From NCBI GenBank assembly GCA_030390025.1, contig CM059425.1, positions 170,936,001 through 171,000,000 of the forward strand: a stretch of DNA of 64,000 bases. Direction: 5' to 3'. The position numbers were made by a program, and so were the translations under genes. This DNA is from Squalus acanthias (lineage: Eukaryota). Each line of letters starts with the position of its first letter. Within the stretch, counting starts at the first letter, position 1. Positions 40,356 to 57,480 of this stretch are shown piece by piece. Below the pieces are notes generated by a model. That model saw only the letters and a program-made list of their open reading frames with translations, had not been told where the DNA came from and did no database searches.

Positions 40356-43345
40356 GAACATAAGGACATAAGAAATAGGAGCAGGAGTAGGCCAATCGGC
40401 CCCTCGAGCCTGCTCCGCCATTCAATAAGATCATGGCTGATCTGATCCTAACCGCCAATCTACTATCTATCACAGAACCATCTCCTGCATCTAACAGAAT
40501 TGCACACACGAAATAGGAGCAGAATCAGGCTACACGGTCCCTGGGCCCGCTCCACTACCCACAGGGCCATGACCGATCCGAACGTGGACTCATGTCCAAA
40601 TTCCTGCCCACTCCCCGTAACCCTTAATGCCCTTTACTTCTAGGAAACTGTCTATTTCTGTTTTAAATTTATTTAATGATGTAGCTTCTACAGCTTTTTG
40701 TGGCAGCATATTCCATGGACCTACCACCCTCTGAGTGAAGTAGTTCCTCCTCATCTCAGTTTTGAAAGAGCAGCCCCTTATTCTAAGACTATGTCCCCTA
40801 GTTCTAGTCTCACCCGTCATCGGGAACATCCTCCCCGCATCCACCCGATCCAACCCCTTCACAATCTTATATGTTTCAATAAGATCGCCTCTCATTCTTC
40901 TGAACTCCAATGAGTAGAGTCCCAATCTACACAACCTCTCCTCATATGACCACCCCCTCATCCCCGGGATTAACCGAGTGAACCTTTTTTGCACTGCCTC
41001 GAGAGCAAGGATGTCTTTCCTTAAGTAAGGACACCAAAACTGTATGCAGTATTCCAGGTGCGGTCTCACCAATACCTTGTACAACTGAAGCAATACCTCC
41101 CTATTTTTATATTCTATCCCCCTAGCAATGAAAGCCAACATTCCATTTGCCTTCTTAATCACTTGCTGCACCTGCATACTAACCTTTTGAGTTTCGTGCA
41201 CCAGGACCCCCAGATCCCTTTGCACTTCAGTACTCTCCAGTTTCTTGCCATTAAGATAATAAATTGCTCTAGGATTTTTCCTGCCAAAGTGCATCACCTC
41301 ACACTTTCCAGTGTTGTATTCCATCTGCCAAATCTCTGCCCACTTACTTAGCCTGTCTATGTCCCCTTGCAGGTTTTTTATGTCCTCCTCACTCACTACT
41401 TTCCCTCCCATCTTTGTATCATCTGCAAATTTTGATATTTTACACTTGGTCCCTTCCTCCAAATCGTTAATATAGATTGTAAAGAGTTGGGGACCCAGCA
41501 CTGACCCCTGTGGAACACCACTAGTTACTGATTGCCAGTCTGGGAATGAACCATTTATCCCAACTCTTTGCTTTCTGTTAGATAGCCAATCCTCTATCCA
41601 TGCCAGAATATTACCCCCAATCCCGTGATTTTTTACCTCAAGCAATAATCTTTTGTGTGGCACCTTGTCAAATGCCTTTTGGAAGTCTAAATACACTACG
41701 TTTACTGGTTCCCCTTTATCCACTCTATATGTTACTTCCTCAAAGAACTCCAGCAAATTTGTCAAACATGACTTCCCCTTCGTAAAACCATGCTGACTTT
41801 GTCCTATTAAATTATGATTATCCAAATGTCCTGTTACTGTTTCCTTAATAATGGACTCCAAAATTTTACCTACCACAGATGTTAGGCTAACCGGTCTATA
41901 GTTACCAGCCTTCTGTCTACTGCCCTTTTTAAATAAGGGTGTTACATTAGCAGTTTTCCAGTCTGCCGGGACCTTAGCGGAATCCAGGGAGTTTTGAAAA
42001 ATTATTACCAATGCATCTACAATCCCTACCGCCACTTCCTTCAAGACTCTAGGATGTAAGCCATCAGGTCCAGGTGATTTATCCGCCTTGAGTCCCATTA
42101 TTTTACCGAGTACCACTTCCTTAGTGATTTTGATCGTGTTTAGCTCCTCTCCCCCTATAGCCCCCTGTTTGTCCAGTGTTGGGATATTCTTAGTGTCCTC
42201 TACTGTAAAGACTGATACAAAATATTCATTCAGTGTTTTTGCCATCTCCATATTTCCCACCATTAATTTCCCGGTCTCATCCTCTAAGGGACCAACATTT
42301 ACTTTAGCCACCCTTTTTCTTTTTATATAACTATAAAAACTCTTACTATCTGTTTTTATATTTTTTGCTAATTTACTTTCATAATCTATCTTCCCTTTCT
42401 TAATCAATCTCTTTGTTATTTTTTGCTGCCTTTTAAAGTTTTCCCAATCCTCTGTCCTCCCACTAGATTTCGCTACCTTATATGCCCTTGTTTTTAGTCG
42501 AATACTATCCTTAATTTCTTTACTTAGCCACGGATGACTGTCCTTTCTTTTACACCCTTTTCTTTTCAGTGGAATATATATTTTTTGGAAGTTGTAAAAT
42601 AACTCCTTGAATGTACACCACTGATCATGTGTCGTCTTACCCTTTAATCTATTTTCCCAATCCACTCTACTCAATTCCGCTCGCATACCTTCATAGTCTC
42701 CTTTATTCAAGCTTAGCACGCTTGTTTGAGATCCAACCTTCTCACCCTCTAATTGAATATGGAATTCAACCATGTTATGGTCACTCATTCCAAGGGGATC
42801 CTTTACTAGGACATTTTTAATTAATCCTGTCTCATTACACAGGAGCAGATCTAAGGTTGCTTGCCCCCTGGTCGGTTCAGTTACATACTGCTCAAGAAAC
42901 CCATCCCTAATACACTCAATGAACTCATCCTCAAGGCAGCCCTGCCCCATTTGATTTGTCCAATTAATATGATAGTTAAAATCCCCCATAATTATAGATG
43001 TTCCCTTATTACATGCCTCAACTATTTCCTGATTGATACTCCGTCCAACAGAGTTGCAACTGTTCGGAGGCCTATAGACTACGCCCACTAGTGTTTTTTT
43101 CCCCTTATTATTCCTTATCTCCACCCAAACTGTTTCATTATCATGATTTTTTGACCCAATATCATTACTCTGTATTACAGTGATTCCTTCCTTTATTAAC
43201 ATAGCCACCCCACCTCCCCTTCCTTCCTGCCTGTCCTTCCTGATCGTTAAATAACCTGGTATGTTTAATTCCCAGGCATTGTCACCCTGCAGCCATGTTT
43301 CTGTAATGGCCACAATATCATAACCATATGTAGTTATTTGTGCCA
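40356..43345 (-). mobile_element. CR1 family C copy 3, 5'-truncated in the endonuclease, inserted in the CA array
   Basis: Near identical to C1; tail at 40356-40375; cactga at both junctions. Confidence 0.95.
40590..43345 (-). pseudogene. Open but 5'-truncated ORF2 lacking the N-terminal ~66 aa including LNARS
   Basis: Similarity to C1 ORF2 starts at AQITTYG; the upstream ORF extension is TG-repeat readthrough from a GTG. Confidence 0.88.
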
Positions 43346-46300
43346 CTGACACACACACTCTCTCACACACTGACACACACACACTGACACACACACACAC
43401 TCTCACACACTGACACACACACCCTCTAACACACTGTCACACACACACACACTCTCACACACACTCACACACACACTCTCACACACACACTGACACACAC
43501 ACACACTCACATACACACACTCTCACACATACTGACACATACACACTCACACACACACTCACACACACTGACACACACACTCTCACACACACTGACACAC
43601 ACACTCTCAGACACACACTCTCACACACACACTGACACACCCTGACACAGACACTCTCATACCCACACTCTCACAGACACTCACACACACACAAACTCAT
43701 ACACACTCACACACACACTCACACACACTGACACACACACTTTCACACACACTGACACACACACTCTAATACACACACTCTCACACACACACTGACACAC
43801 CCTGACACAGACACTCTCATACCCACGCTCTCACAGACACTCACACACACACAAACTCATACACACTGACACACACACTCACACACACTGACACACACAC
43901 TCTCTCACACACACACACACACACTCTCTCACACACACACACACACTCTCTCTCACACACACACTCACACACACTGACAAAAACACACTCTCACACACAC
44001 TGACACACACACTCTCACACACACACACTGACACATACACTCACACACACACACACTCACACATTGACACACACACACACACTCACACACACACACTGAC
44101 ACACACACACACACTCTCTCAGACATACACACCCACACTCTCACACCCATTGACACACACACACACTCACACACACACACACTCTCACATTGAAATACAC
44201 ACACACACTCTCTCACACACACACACACACACACACTCTCACACACTGACACACACACACACTCTCACACACACTGACACACACACAAACTCTCACACAC
44301 AGACACACACACACACTCACACACACCGACGCACACACTCACACACAGACACACGCACACACTCTCTCTCACACACTCTCTCACACACACATTGACACAC
44401 ACACACTCTCACACACTGACACAAACACTCACACACATTGACACGCACACTCTCACAAACACTGACACACACACACTCACACACACTGACACACACACAC
44501 ACTCTCACACACACTGACACACACACCCTCTCACACACCGACACACACACACACACTCTCACACACACTGACACACACACCCTCTCACACACTGACACAC
44601 ACACACTCTCACACACACTGACACACACACACACTCTCACACACACTGACACACACATCCTCACACACACTGACACATACACTCTCACACACACTGACAC
44701 ACACACACACTCTCTCACACACATTGACACACACACACTCTCACACTCTGACACACACACACTCACACACACTCACACACACTCACACACACACTCACAC
44801 GCACACACACTCTCACACACTGCCACACACACAATCTCACACACACACACACACACACTCTCACACATACCTACACACACTCTCACACAAACCGACATAC
44901 ACTCTCACACATACCTACACACTCTCACACACACTGACACACACTCTCTCACACACACTGACACACACACACACTCACATACACACACTCTCACACACAC
45001 TGACACATACACACTCACACACACACTCTCACATACACTGACACACACACTCTCACACACGCTGACACACACACTCTCATACACACACTCTCACACACAC
45101 ACTGACACACCCTGACACAGACACTCTCATACCCACACTCTCACAGACACTCACACACACACAAACTCATACACACTGACACACACACGCACACACACTG
45201 ACACACACACTCTCTCACACACACTCACACTCACACACACTGACAAAAACACACTCTCACACACACTGACACACACACTCTCATACACACCCTCACACAC
45301 ACTGACACACACACTCACACACACACACACACACACACTCTCTCACACACACACACACACTCTCACACACACACACACACTCTCACACTCTGACACACAC
45401 ACACTCTCTCACACATACACACACACACTCTCACACACACTCACACACGCACACACTCACACACACACACACTCTCACACACTGACACAAACACTCACAC
45501 ACATTGACACGCACACTCTCACAAACACTGACACACACACACTCACACACACTGACACACACACACACTCTCACACACACTGACACACACACACTCTCAC
45601 ACACCGACACACACACACACACACTCTCACACACACTGACACACACACCCTCTCACACACTGACACACACACACTCTCACACACACTGACACACACACAC
45701 ACTCTCACACACACTGACACACACACCCTCACACACACTGACACATACACTCTCACACACACTGACACACACACACACTCTCTCACACACATTGACACAC
45801 ACACACTCTCACACTCTGACACACACACACTCACACACACTCACACACACACACTGCCACACACACAATCTCACACACACACACACACACACTCTCACAC
45901 ATACCTACACACACTCTCACACAAACCGACACACACTCTCACACATACCTACACACTCTCACACACACTGACACACACTCTCTCACACACACTGACACAC
46001 ACACACACTCACATACACACACTCTCACACACACTGACACATACACACTCACACACACACTCTCACATACACTGACACACACACTCTCACACACGCTGAC
46101 ACACACACTCTCATACACACACTCTCACACACACACTGACACACCCTGACACAGACACTCTCATACCCACACTCTCACAGACACTCACACACACACAAAC
46201 TCATACACACTGACACACACACACACTCTCACACACACTCACACACACACTCTCACACACACACTGACACACACACACACTCACATACACACACTCTCAC

Positions 46301-49300
46301 ACATACTGACACATACACACTCACACACACACTCACACACACTGACACACACACTCTCACACACACTGACACACACACTCTCAGACACACACTCTCACAC
46401 ACACACTGACACACCCTGACACAGACACTCTCATACCCACACTCTCACAGACACTCACACACACACAAACTCATACACACTCACACACACACTCACACAC
46501 ACTGACACACACACTTTCACACACACTGACACACACACTCTAATACACACACTCTCACACACACACTGACACACCCTGACACAGACACTCTCATACCCAC
46601 GCTCTCACAGACACTCACACACACACAAACTCATACACACTGACACACACACTCACACACACTGACACACACACTCTCTCACACACACACACACACACTC
46701 TCTCACACACACACACACACTCTCTCTCACACACACACTCACACACACTGACAAAAACACACTCTCACACACACTGACACACACACTCTCACACACACAC
46801 ACTGACACATACACTCACACACACACACACTCACACATTGACACACACACACACACTCACACACACACACTGACACACACACACACACTCTCTCAGACAT
46901 ACACACCCACACTCTCACACCCATTGACACACACACACACTCACACACACACACACTCTCACATTGAAATACACACACACACTCTCTCACACACACACAC
47001 ACACACACACTCTCACACACTGACACACACACACACTCTCACACACACTGACACACACACAAACTCTCACACACAGACACACACACACACTCACACACAC
47101 CGACGCACACACTCACACACAGACACACGCACACACTCTCTCTCACACACTCTCTCACACACACATTGACACACACACACTCTCACACACTGACACAAAC
47201 ACTCACACACATTGACACGCACACTCTCACAAACACTGACACACACACACTCACACACACTGACACACACACACACTCTCACACACACTGACACACACAC
47301 CCTCTCACACACCGACACACACACACACACTCTCACACACACTGACACACACACCCTCTCACACACTGACACACACACACTCTCACACACACTGACACAC
47401 ACACACACTCTCACACACACTGACACACACATCCTCACACACACTGACACATACACTCTCACACACACTGACACACACACACACTCTCTCACACACATTG
47501 ACACACACACACTCTCACACTCTGACACACACACACTCACACACACTCACACACACTCACACACACACTCACACGCACACACACTCTCACACACTGCCAC
47601 ACACACAATCTCACACACACACACACACACACTCTCACACATACCTACACACACTCTCACACAAACCGACATACACTCTCACACATACCTACACACTCTC
47701 ACACACACTGACACACACTCTCTCACACACACTGACACACACACACACTCACATACACACACTCTCACACACACTGACACATACACACTCACACACACAC
47801 TCTCACATACACTGACACACACACTCTCACACACGCTGACACACACACTCTCATACACACACTCTCACACACACACTGACACACCCTGACACAGACACTC
47901 TCATACCCACACTCTCACAGACACTCACACACACACAAACTCATACACACTGACACACACACGCACACACACTGACACACACACTCTCTCACACACACTC
48001 ACACTCACACACACTGACAAAAACACACTCTCACACACACTGACACACACACTCTCATACACACCCTCACACACACTGACACACACACTCACACACACAC
48101 ACACACACACACTCTCTCACACACACACACACACACTCTCACACACACACACACACTCTCACACTCTGACACACACACACTCTCTCACACATACACACAC
48201 ACACTCTCACACACACTCACACACGCACACACTCACACACACACACACTCTCACACACTGACACAAACACTCACACACATTGACACGCACACTCTCACAA
48301 ACACTGACACACACACACTCACACACACTGACACACACACACACTCTCACACACACTGACACACACACACTCTCACACACCGACACACACACACACACTC
48401 TCACACACACTGACACACACACCCTCTCACACACTGACACACACACACTCTCACACACACTGACACACACACACACTCTCACACACACTGACACACACAC
48501 CCTCACACACACTGACACATACACTCTCACACACACTGACACACACACACACTCTCTCACACACATTGACACACACACACTCTCACACTCTGACACACAC
48601 ACACTCACACACACTCACACACACACACACTGCCACACACACAATCTCACACACACACACACACACACTCTCACACATACCTACACACACTCTCACACAA
48701 ACCGACACACACTCTCACACATACCTACACACTCTCACACACACTGACACACACTCTCTCACACACACTGACACACACACACACTCACATACACACACTC
48801 TCACACACACTGACACATACACACTCACACACACACTCTCACATACACTGACACACACACTCTCACACACGCTGACACACACACTCTCATACACACACTC
48901 TCACACACACACTGACACACCCTGACACAGACACTCTCATACCCACACTCTCACAGACACTCACACACACACAAACTCATACACACTGACACACACACGC
49001 ACACACACTGACACACACACTCTCTCACACACACTCACACTCACACACACTGACAAAAACACACTCTCACACACACTGACACACACACTCTCATACACAC
49101 CCTCACACACACTGACACACACACTCACACACACACACACACACACACACTCTCACACACACACACACACACACACTCTCACACTCTGACACACACACAC
49201 TCTCTCACACATACACACACACACTCACACACACTCACACACGCACACACTCACACACACACACACTCTCACACATTGACACACACACACACACACTCTC

Positions 49301-51419
49301 ACACAGACACACACTCTCACACACTGACACACACACACACACTCTCACACACACTGACACACACATAAACTCTCACACACAGACACACACACACACACAC
49401 CGACGCACACACTCACACACACACACACACACACACTCTCTCTCACACACACACACACACACTCTCTCACACACACATTGACACACACACACTCTCACAC
49501 ACTGACACACACACTCACACACATTGACACGCACACTCTCACAAACACTGACACACACACACTCATACACACTGACACACACACACACACTCTCACACAC
49601 ACTGACACACACACCCTCTCACACACTGACACACAGACACACACTCACACACACTGACACACACACCCTCTCACACACTGACACACACACACACTCTCAC
49701 ACACTGACACACACACACACTCTCACACACACTGACACACACACACACTCTCACACACACTGACACACACACCCTCACACACACTGACACAGACGCTCTC
49801 ACACACACTGACACACACACACACACTCTCACACACGGACACACGCACACACTCTCACACTCTGACAGACACACACACTGACACACACTGACACACACAC
49901 ATTCACACACTCCACACACACTCTCACACACACCGACACACACTGACATAGACACACACTCACTCACAGACACTGACTCGCACACACACTCTCACACACA
50001 CACACACACTGCCACACACACACTGACACACACACTGACACACACAGACTCTCACACACTGACACACACACACACTCTCACACACACTGACACACACACA
50101 CACTCTCACACACACTGACACACACACTCTCTCTCACACACACACTCACACACACTGACAAAAACACACTCTCACACACACTGACACACACACTCTCACA
50201 CACACACACACTGACACATACACTCACACACACACACACTCACACATTGACACACACACACACACTCTCACACACACACACACTGACACACACACACACA
50301 CTCTCTCAGACATACACACACACACTCTCACACCCACTGACACACACACACACTCACACACACACACACTCTCACATTGAAACACACACACACACTCTCT
50401 CACACACACACACACACACTCTCACACACTGACACACACACTCTCACACACTGACACACACACACACTCTCACACACACTGACACACACACAAACTCTCA
50501 CACACAGACACACACACACACTCACACACACCGACGCACACACTCACACACAGACACACGCACACACACTCTCACACACTGACACAAACACTCACACACA
50601 TTGACACGCACACTCTCACAAACACTGACACACACACACTCACACACACTGACACACACACACACTCTCACACACACTGACACACACACCCTCTCACACA
50701 CCGACACACACACACACACTCTCACACACACTGACACACACACCCTCTCACACACTGACACACACACACTCTCACACACACTGACACACACACACACTCT
50801 CACACACACTGACACACACACCCTCACACACACTGACACATACACTCTCACACACACTGACACACACACACACTCTCTCACACACATTGACACACACACA
50901 CTCTCACACTCTGACACACACACACTCACACACACTCACACACACTCACACACACACACTGCCACACACACAATCTCACACACACACACACACACTCTCA
51001 CACATACCTACACACACTCTCACACAAACCGACACACACTCTCACACATACCTACACACTCTCACACACACTGACACACACTCTCTCACACACACTGACA
51101 CACACACACACTCACATACACACACTCTCACACACACTGACACATACACTCACACACACACTCTCACATACACTGACACACACACACTCTCACACACGCT
51201 GACACACACACTCTCATACACACACTCTCACACACACACTGACACACCCTGACACAGACACTCTCATACCCACACTCTCACAGACACTCACACACACACA
51301 AACTCACACACACTGACACACACACTCTCTCACACACACTCACACTCACACACACTGACAAAAACACACTCTCACACACACTGACACACACACTCTCATA
51401 CACACCCTCACACACACTG

Positions 51420-51450
<31 letters not shown>

Positions 51451-54400
51451 CTCACACACACACACACACACTCTCACACACACACACACACTCTCACACT
51501 CTGACACACACACACTCTCTCACACATACACACACACACTCTCACACACACTCACACACGCACACACTCACACACACACACTCTCACACATTGACACACA
51601 CACACACACACTCTCACACAGACACACACTCTCACACACTGACACACACACACACACTCTCACACACACTGACACACACATAAACTCTCACACACAGACA
51701 CACACACACACACACCGACGCACACACTCACACACACACACACACACACACACTCTCTCACACACACATTGACACACACACACTCTCACACACTGACACA
51801 CACACTCACACACATTGACACGCACACTCTCACAAACACTGACACACACACACTCATACACACTGACACACACACACACACTCTCACACACACTGACACA
51901 CACACCCTCTCACACACTGACACACAGACACACACTCACACACACTGACACACACACCCTCTCACACACTGACACACACACACACTCTCACACACTGACA
52001 CACACACACACTCTCACACACACTGACACACACACACACACTCTCACACACACTGACACACACACCCTCACACACACTGACACAGACGCTCTCACACACA
52101 CTGACACACACACACACACTCTCACACACGGACACACGCACACACTCTCACACTCTGACAGACACACACACTGACACACACTGACACACACTGATACACA
52201 CACATTCACACACTCCACACACACTCTCACACACACCGACACACACTGACATAGACACACACTCACTCACAGACACTGACTCGCACACACACTCTCACAC
52301 ACACACACACACTGCCACACACACACTGCCACACACACTGACACACACAGACTCTCACACACTGACACACACACACACTCTCACACATACTGACACACAC
52401 ACACACTCTCACACACACTGACAAACACACACACTCTCACACACACTGACACACACACCCTCTCACACACTGACACCCACACACTCTCACACACACTGAC
52501 ACACACACTCTCACACACACACTGACACACACACACACTCACATACACACACTCTCACACACACTGACACATACACACTCACACACACACTCACACACAC
52601 TGACACACACACTCTCACACAAACTGACACACACACTCTCATACACACACTCTCACACACACACTGACACACCCTGACACAGACACTCTCATACCCACAC
52701 ACTCACACACACACAAACTCATACACACTGACACACACACTCACACACACTGACACACACACTCTCTCACACACACACACACTCACACACACTGACAAAA
52801 ACACACTCTCACACACACTGACACACACACTCTCACACACACACTGACACACACACTCACACACACACACTCTCACACATTGACACACACACACACACTC
52901 TCACACACACACACACTCTGACACACACACACACTCTCTCACACATACACTCACACTCTCACACCCACTGACACACACTGACACACACACTCTCTCACAC
53001 ATTGACACACACACACACACTCACACACACACACACACTCTGACACCCACTGACACACACACACACTCACACACACTCTCACATTGACACACACACACAC
53101 ACTCTCTCACACACACACACTCTCACACACACACAAACTCTCACACACAGACACACACACACACACAAACTCTCACACACAGACACACACACACACACTC
53201 ACACACACCGACGCACACACTCACACACAGACACACGCACACACTCTCTCTCACACACTCTCTCACACACACATTGACACACACACACTCTCACACACTG
53301 ACACACACACTCACACACATTGACACGCACACTCTCACAAACACTGACACACACACACTCACACACACTGACACACACACACACTCTCACACACTGACAC
53401 ACACACACTCTCACACACACACACTCACACACTGGCACGCACACACACAAACACCCTCACACACACTGACACATACTCTCTCACACACACTGACACACAC
53501 ACACACTCTCTCACACACATTGACACACACACACTCTCACACTCTGACACACACACACACACACACTCACACACATACCTACACACACTCTCACACAAAC
53601 CGACAAACACACTAACACACACTGACACACACACACACTCTCACACACACTGACACACACACCCTCTCACACACTGACACACACACACACTCTCACACAC
53701 ACTGACACACACACCCTCTCACACACTGACACACACACACTCTCACACACTGACACACACACAAACTCTCACACACACTGACACACTGACACACACACAC
53801 ACACACACTCACACACATACCTACACACACTCTCACACAAACCGACAAACACACTAACACACACTGACACACACACACTCTCACACACACTGACACACAC
53901 ACCCTCTCACACACTGACACACACACACACTCTCACACACACTGACACACACACACACTCTCTCACACACATTGACACACACACACTCTCACACTCTGAC
54001 ACACACACACACACACACTCACACACATACCTACACACACTCTCACACAAACCGACAAACACACTAACACACACTGACACACACACACACTCTCACACAC
54101 ACTGACACACACACCCTCACACACACTGACACATACACTCTCACACACACTGACACACACACACACTCTCTCACACACACTGCCACACACACAATCTCAC
54201 ACACACTAACACACACTCTCACACACACTGACTCACTCTCACACACACACACACTCAAACACACACACTCACACTCACACAGACACACACTCTCACACAC
54301 ACACACTGACACACACACAAACACTCTCACACATACTGACACACTCTCACACACTCTCACACACACACACTCACACACACACACACACACTCACACATTG

Positions 54401-56594
54401 ACACACACACACACTCTCACACAGACACACACTCTCACACACTGACACACACACACACTCTCACACACACTGACACACACACAAACTCTCACACAGACAC
54501 ACAGACACACACACCGACGCACACACTCTCTCACACACACACACACTCACACACACTGACAAAAACACACTCTCACACACACTGACACACACACTCACAC
54601 ACACTGAAACACACTCACACACACACACACTCTCACACATTGACACACACACACACACTCACACACACACACTCACACACACACGCTCTCACACATTGAC
54701 ACACACACACACACTCTCACACAGACACACACTCTCACACACTGACACACACACACTCTCACAGACACTGACACACACACTCTCTCACACACACACACAC
54801 TCTCTCTCACACACACACACACACTCTCTCACACACACATTGACACACACACACTCTCACACACTGACACACACACTCACACAAATTGACACGCACACTT
54901 TCACAAACAGTGACACACACACACTCACACACACTGACACACACACACACACTCTCACACACACTGACACACACACCCTCTCACACACTGACACACAGAC
55001 ACACACTCACACACACTGTCACACACACCCTCTCACACACTGACACACACACACACTCTCACACACTGACACACACACACACTCTCACACACACTGACAC
55101 ACACACACACACTCTCACACACACTGACACACACACCCTCACACACACTGACACATACGCTCTCACACACACTGACACACACACATACACTCACACACGG
55201 ACACACGCACACACTCTCACACTCTGACAGACACACACACTGACACACACTGATACACACACATTCACACACTCACACACACACTCTCACACACACTGAC
55301 ACACTGACATAGACACACACTCACTCACAGACACTGACTCACACACACACTCTCACACACACACACACACTGCCACACACACACTGCCACACACACACTG
55401 CCACACACACTGACACACACAGACTCTCACACACTGACACCCACACACTCTTACACACACTGACACAGACACACTGACACACACACTCTCTCACACACTG
55501 ACACACACACACTGACACACACACACACTCTCACACACACTGACAAACACACACACTCTCACACACACTGACACACACTCTCACACACAATGACACACAC
55601 ACCCTCTCACACACTGACACCCACACACTCTCACACACACTCTCACACATACATTCTCACACATACTGACACACTCACTCTCACACACATACTGACACAC
55701 TCACTCTCACACACACTCTCACACACACATTCTCACACACACTCTCACACACACAGTCTCATACACACTCTCACACAGACATTCTCACACACACTCTCAC
55801 ACACACATTCTCACACACACTCTCACACACACACTCTCACACACACTCTCACACATACACTCTCACACACACTGACACACACGCCCTCACACACTCTGAC
55901 ACACACACACTGACATACGCACACACACTGACACAGACTCTCACACAGATACTGACACACACACACTCACACACACTCACACACACACACACACTCTCAC
56001 ACACACTGACACAGACATTCTCACACACACTGACACACACACTCTCACACACATACTGACACACACACTCACACACACTCACACATACTGACACACACAC
56101 TCTCACACACACTGACACAGACATTCTCACACACACTGACACACACACTCTCACACACATACTGACACACACACTCACACACACTCACACACATACTGAC
56201 ACACACACTCACACAGACACTCTCACACACACTGACACACACACCCTCTCACACACTGACACACACACTCTCACACACACACTGGCACACACACTCTCAC
56301 ACACATGACACACACATTCTCACACACACTGACACACACACTCTCACACACTGACACGCACACTCTCACACACATGACACACACATTCTCACACACACTG
56401 GCACACACACTCTCACACACATGACACACACATTCTCACACACACTGACACACACACTCTCACACACTGACACACACACTCTCACACACATACTAACACT
56501 CACACACACACAAGCTCACACACACTGACACACACACACTGACACACACACTCTCACACACTGACTCACACACTCTCACACACATACTGACACA

Positions 56595-57480
56595 CATAGA
56601 ATCATAGAATCATAGAAAGTTACAGCACGGAAGGAGGCCATTTCGGCCCATCGTGTCCGCGCCGGCCAACGAAGAGCTATCCAGCCTAATCCCACTTCCC
56701 AGCTCTTGGTCCGTAGCCCTGCAGGTTAGAGCACCCCAAGTGCACATCCAAGTACTTTTTAAATGTGGTTAGGGTTCCTGCCTCTACCACCCTTTCAGGT
56801 AGTGAGTTCCAGACCCCCACAGCCCTCTGGGTGAAGAAATTTCCCCTCAAATCCCCTCTAAACCTTCCCCCAATTACACTAAATCTGTGCCCCCTGGTTT
56901 TTGACCCCACTACTAAGGGAAATAGATCCTTTCTATCCACTTTATCTATGCCCCTCATAATTTTATACACCTCAATAAGGTCTCCCCTCAGCCTCCTCTG
57001 TTCCAAGGAAAACAGACCCAGCCTATCCAGTCTTTCCTCATAGCTAAGATTCTCTACTCCCGGCAACATCCTTGTAAATCTCCTCTGTACCCTCTCTAGT
57101 GCAATCACATCTTTCCTGTAATGTGGTGACCAGAACTGCATGCAGTACTCTAGCTGAGGCCTAACTAGTGTTTTATACAGTTGAAGCATAACCCCCCCTG
57201 CTCTTGTATTCTATGCCACGGCTAATAAAGGCAAGCATTCCGTATGTCTTCTTAACCACCTTATCTACTTGGCCTGCTACCTTCAGGGATCTGTGGACAT
57301 GCTCTCCAAGGTCCCTTTGTTCCTCTACACTACTCAGTGTCCTACCATTTAATGTGCATTCCCTTTCCTTGTTAGCCCTCCCCAAATGCATTACCTCACA
57401 CTTCTCCGGATTGAATTCCATTTGCCGCTGTTCTGCCCACCTGACCAATTTATTGATATCTTCCTGCAGTCTACAGCTTC
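56595..57480 (-). mobile_element. CR1 element E, short 5'-truncated copy in the CA array
   Basis: (catagaat)n tail, 3' UTR hairpin, RT C-terminal ORFs with a frameshift near 57190. Confidence 0.92.

Noticed and set aside
43346..43418. Cys/Val-rich N-terminal extension making C3 ORF2 942 aa
   Set aside because: Chance in-frame readthrough from the TG array starting at GTG
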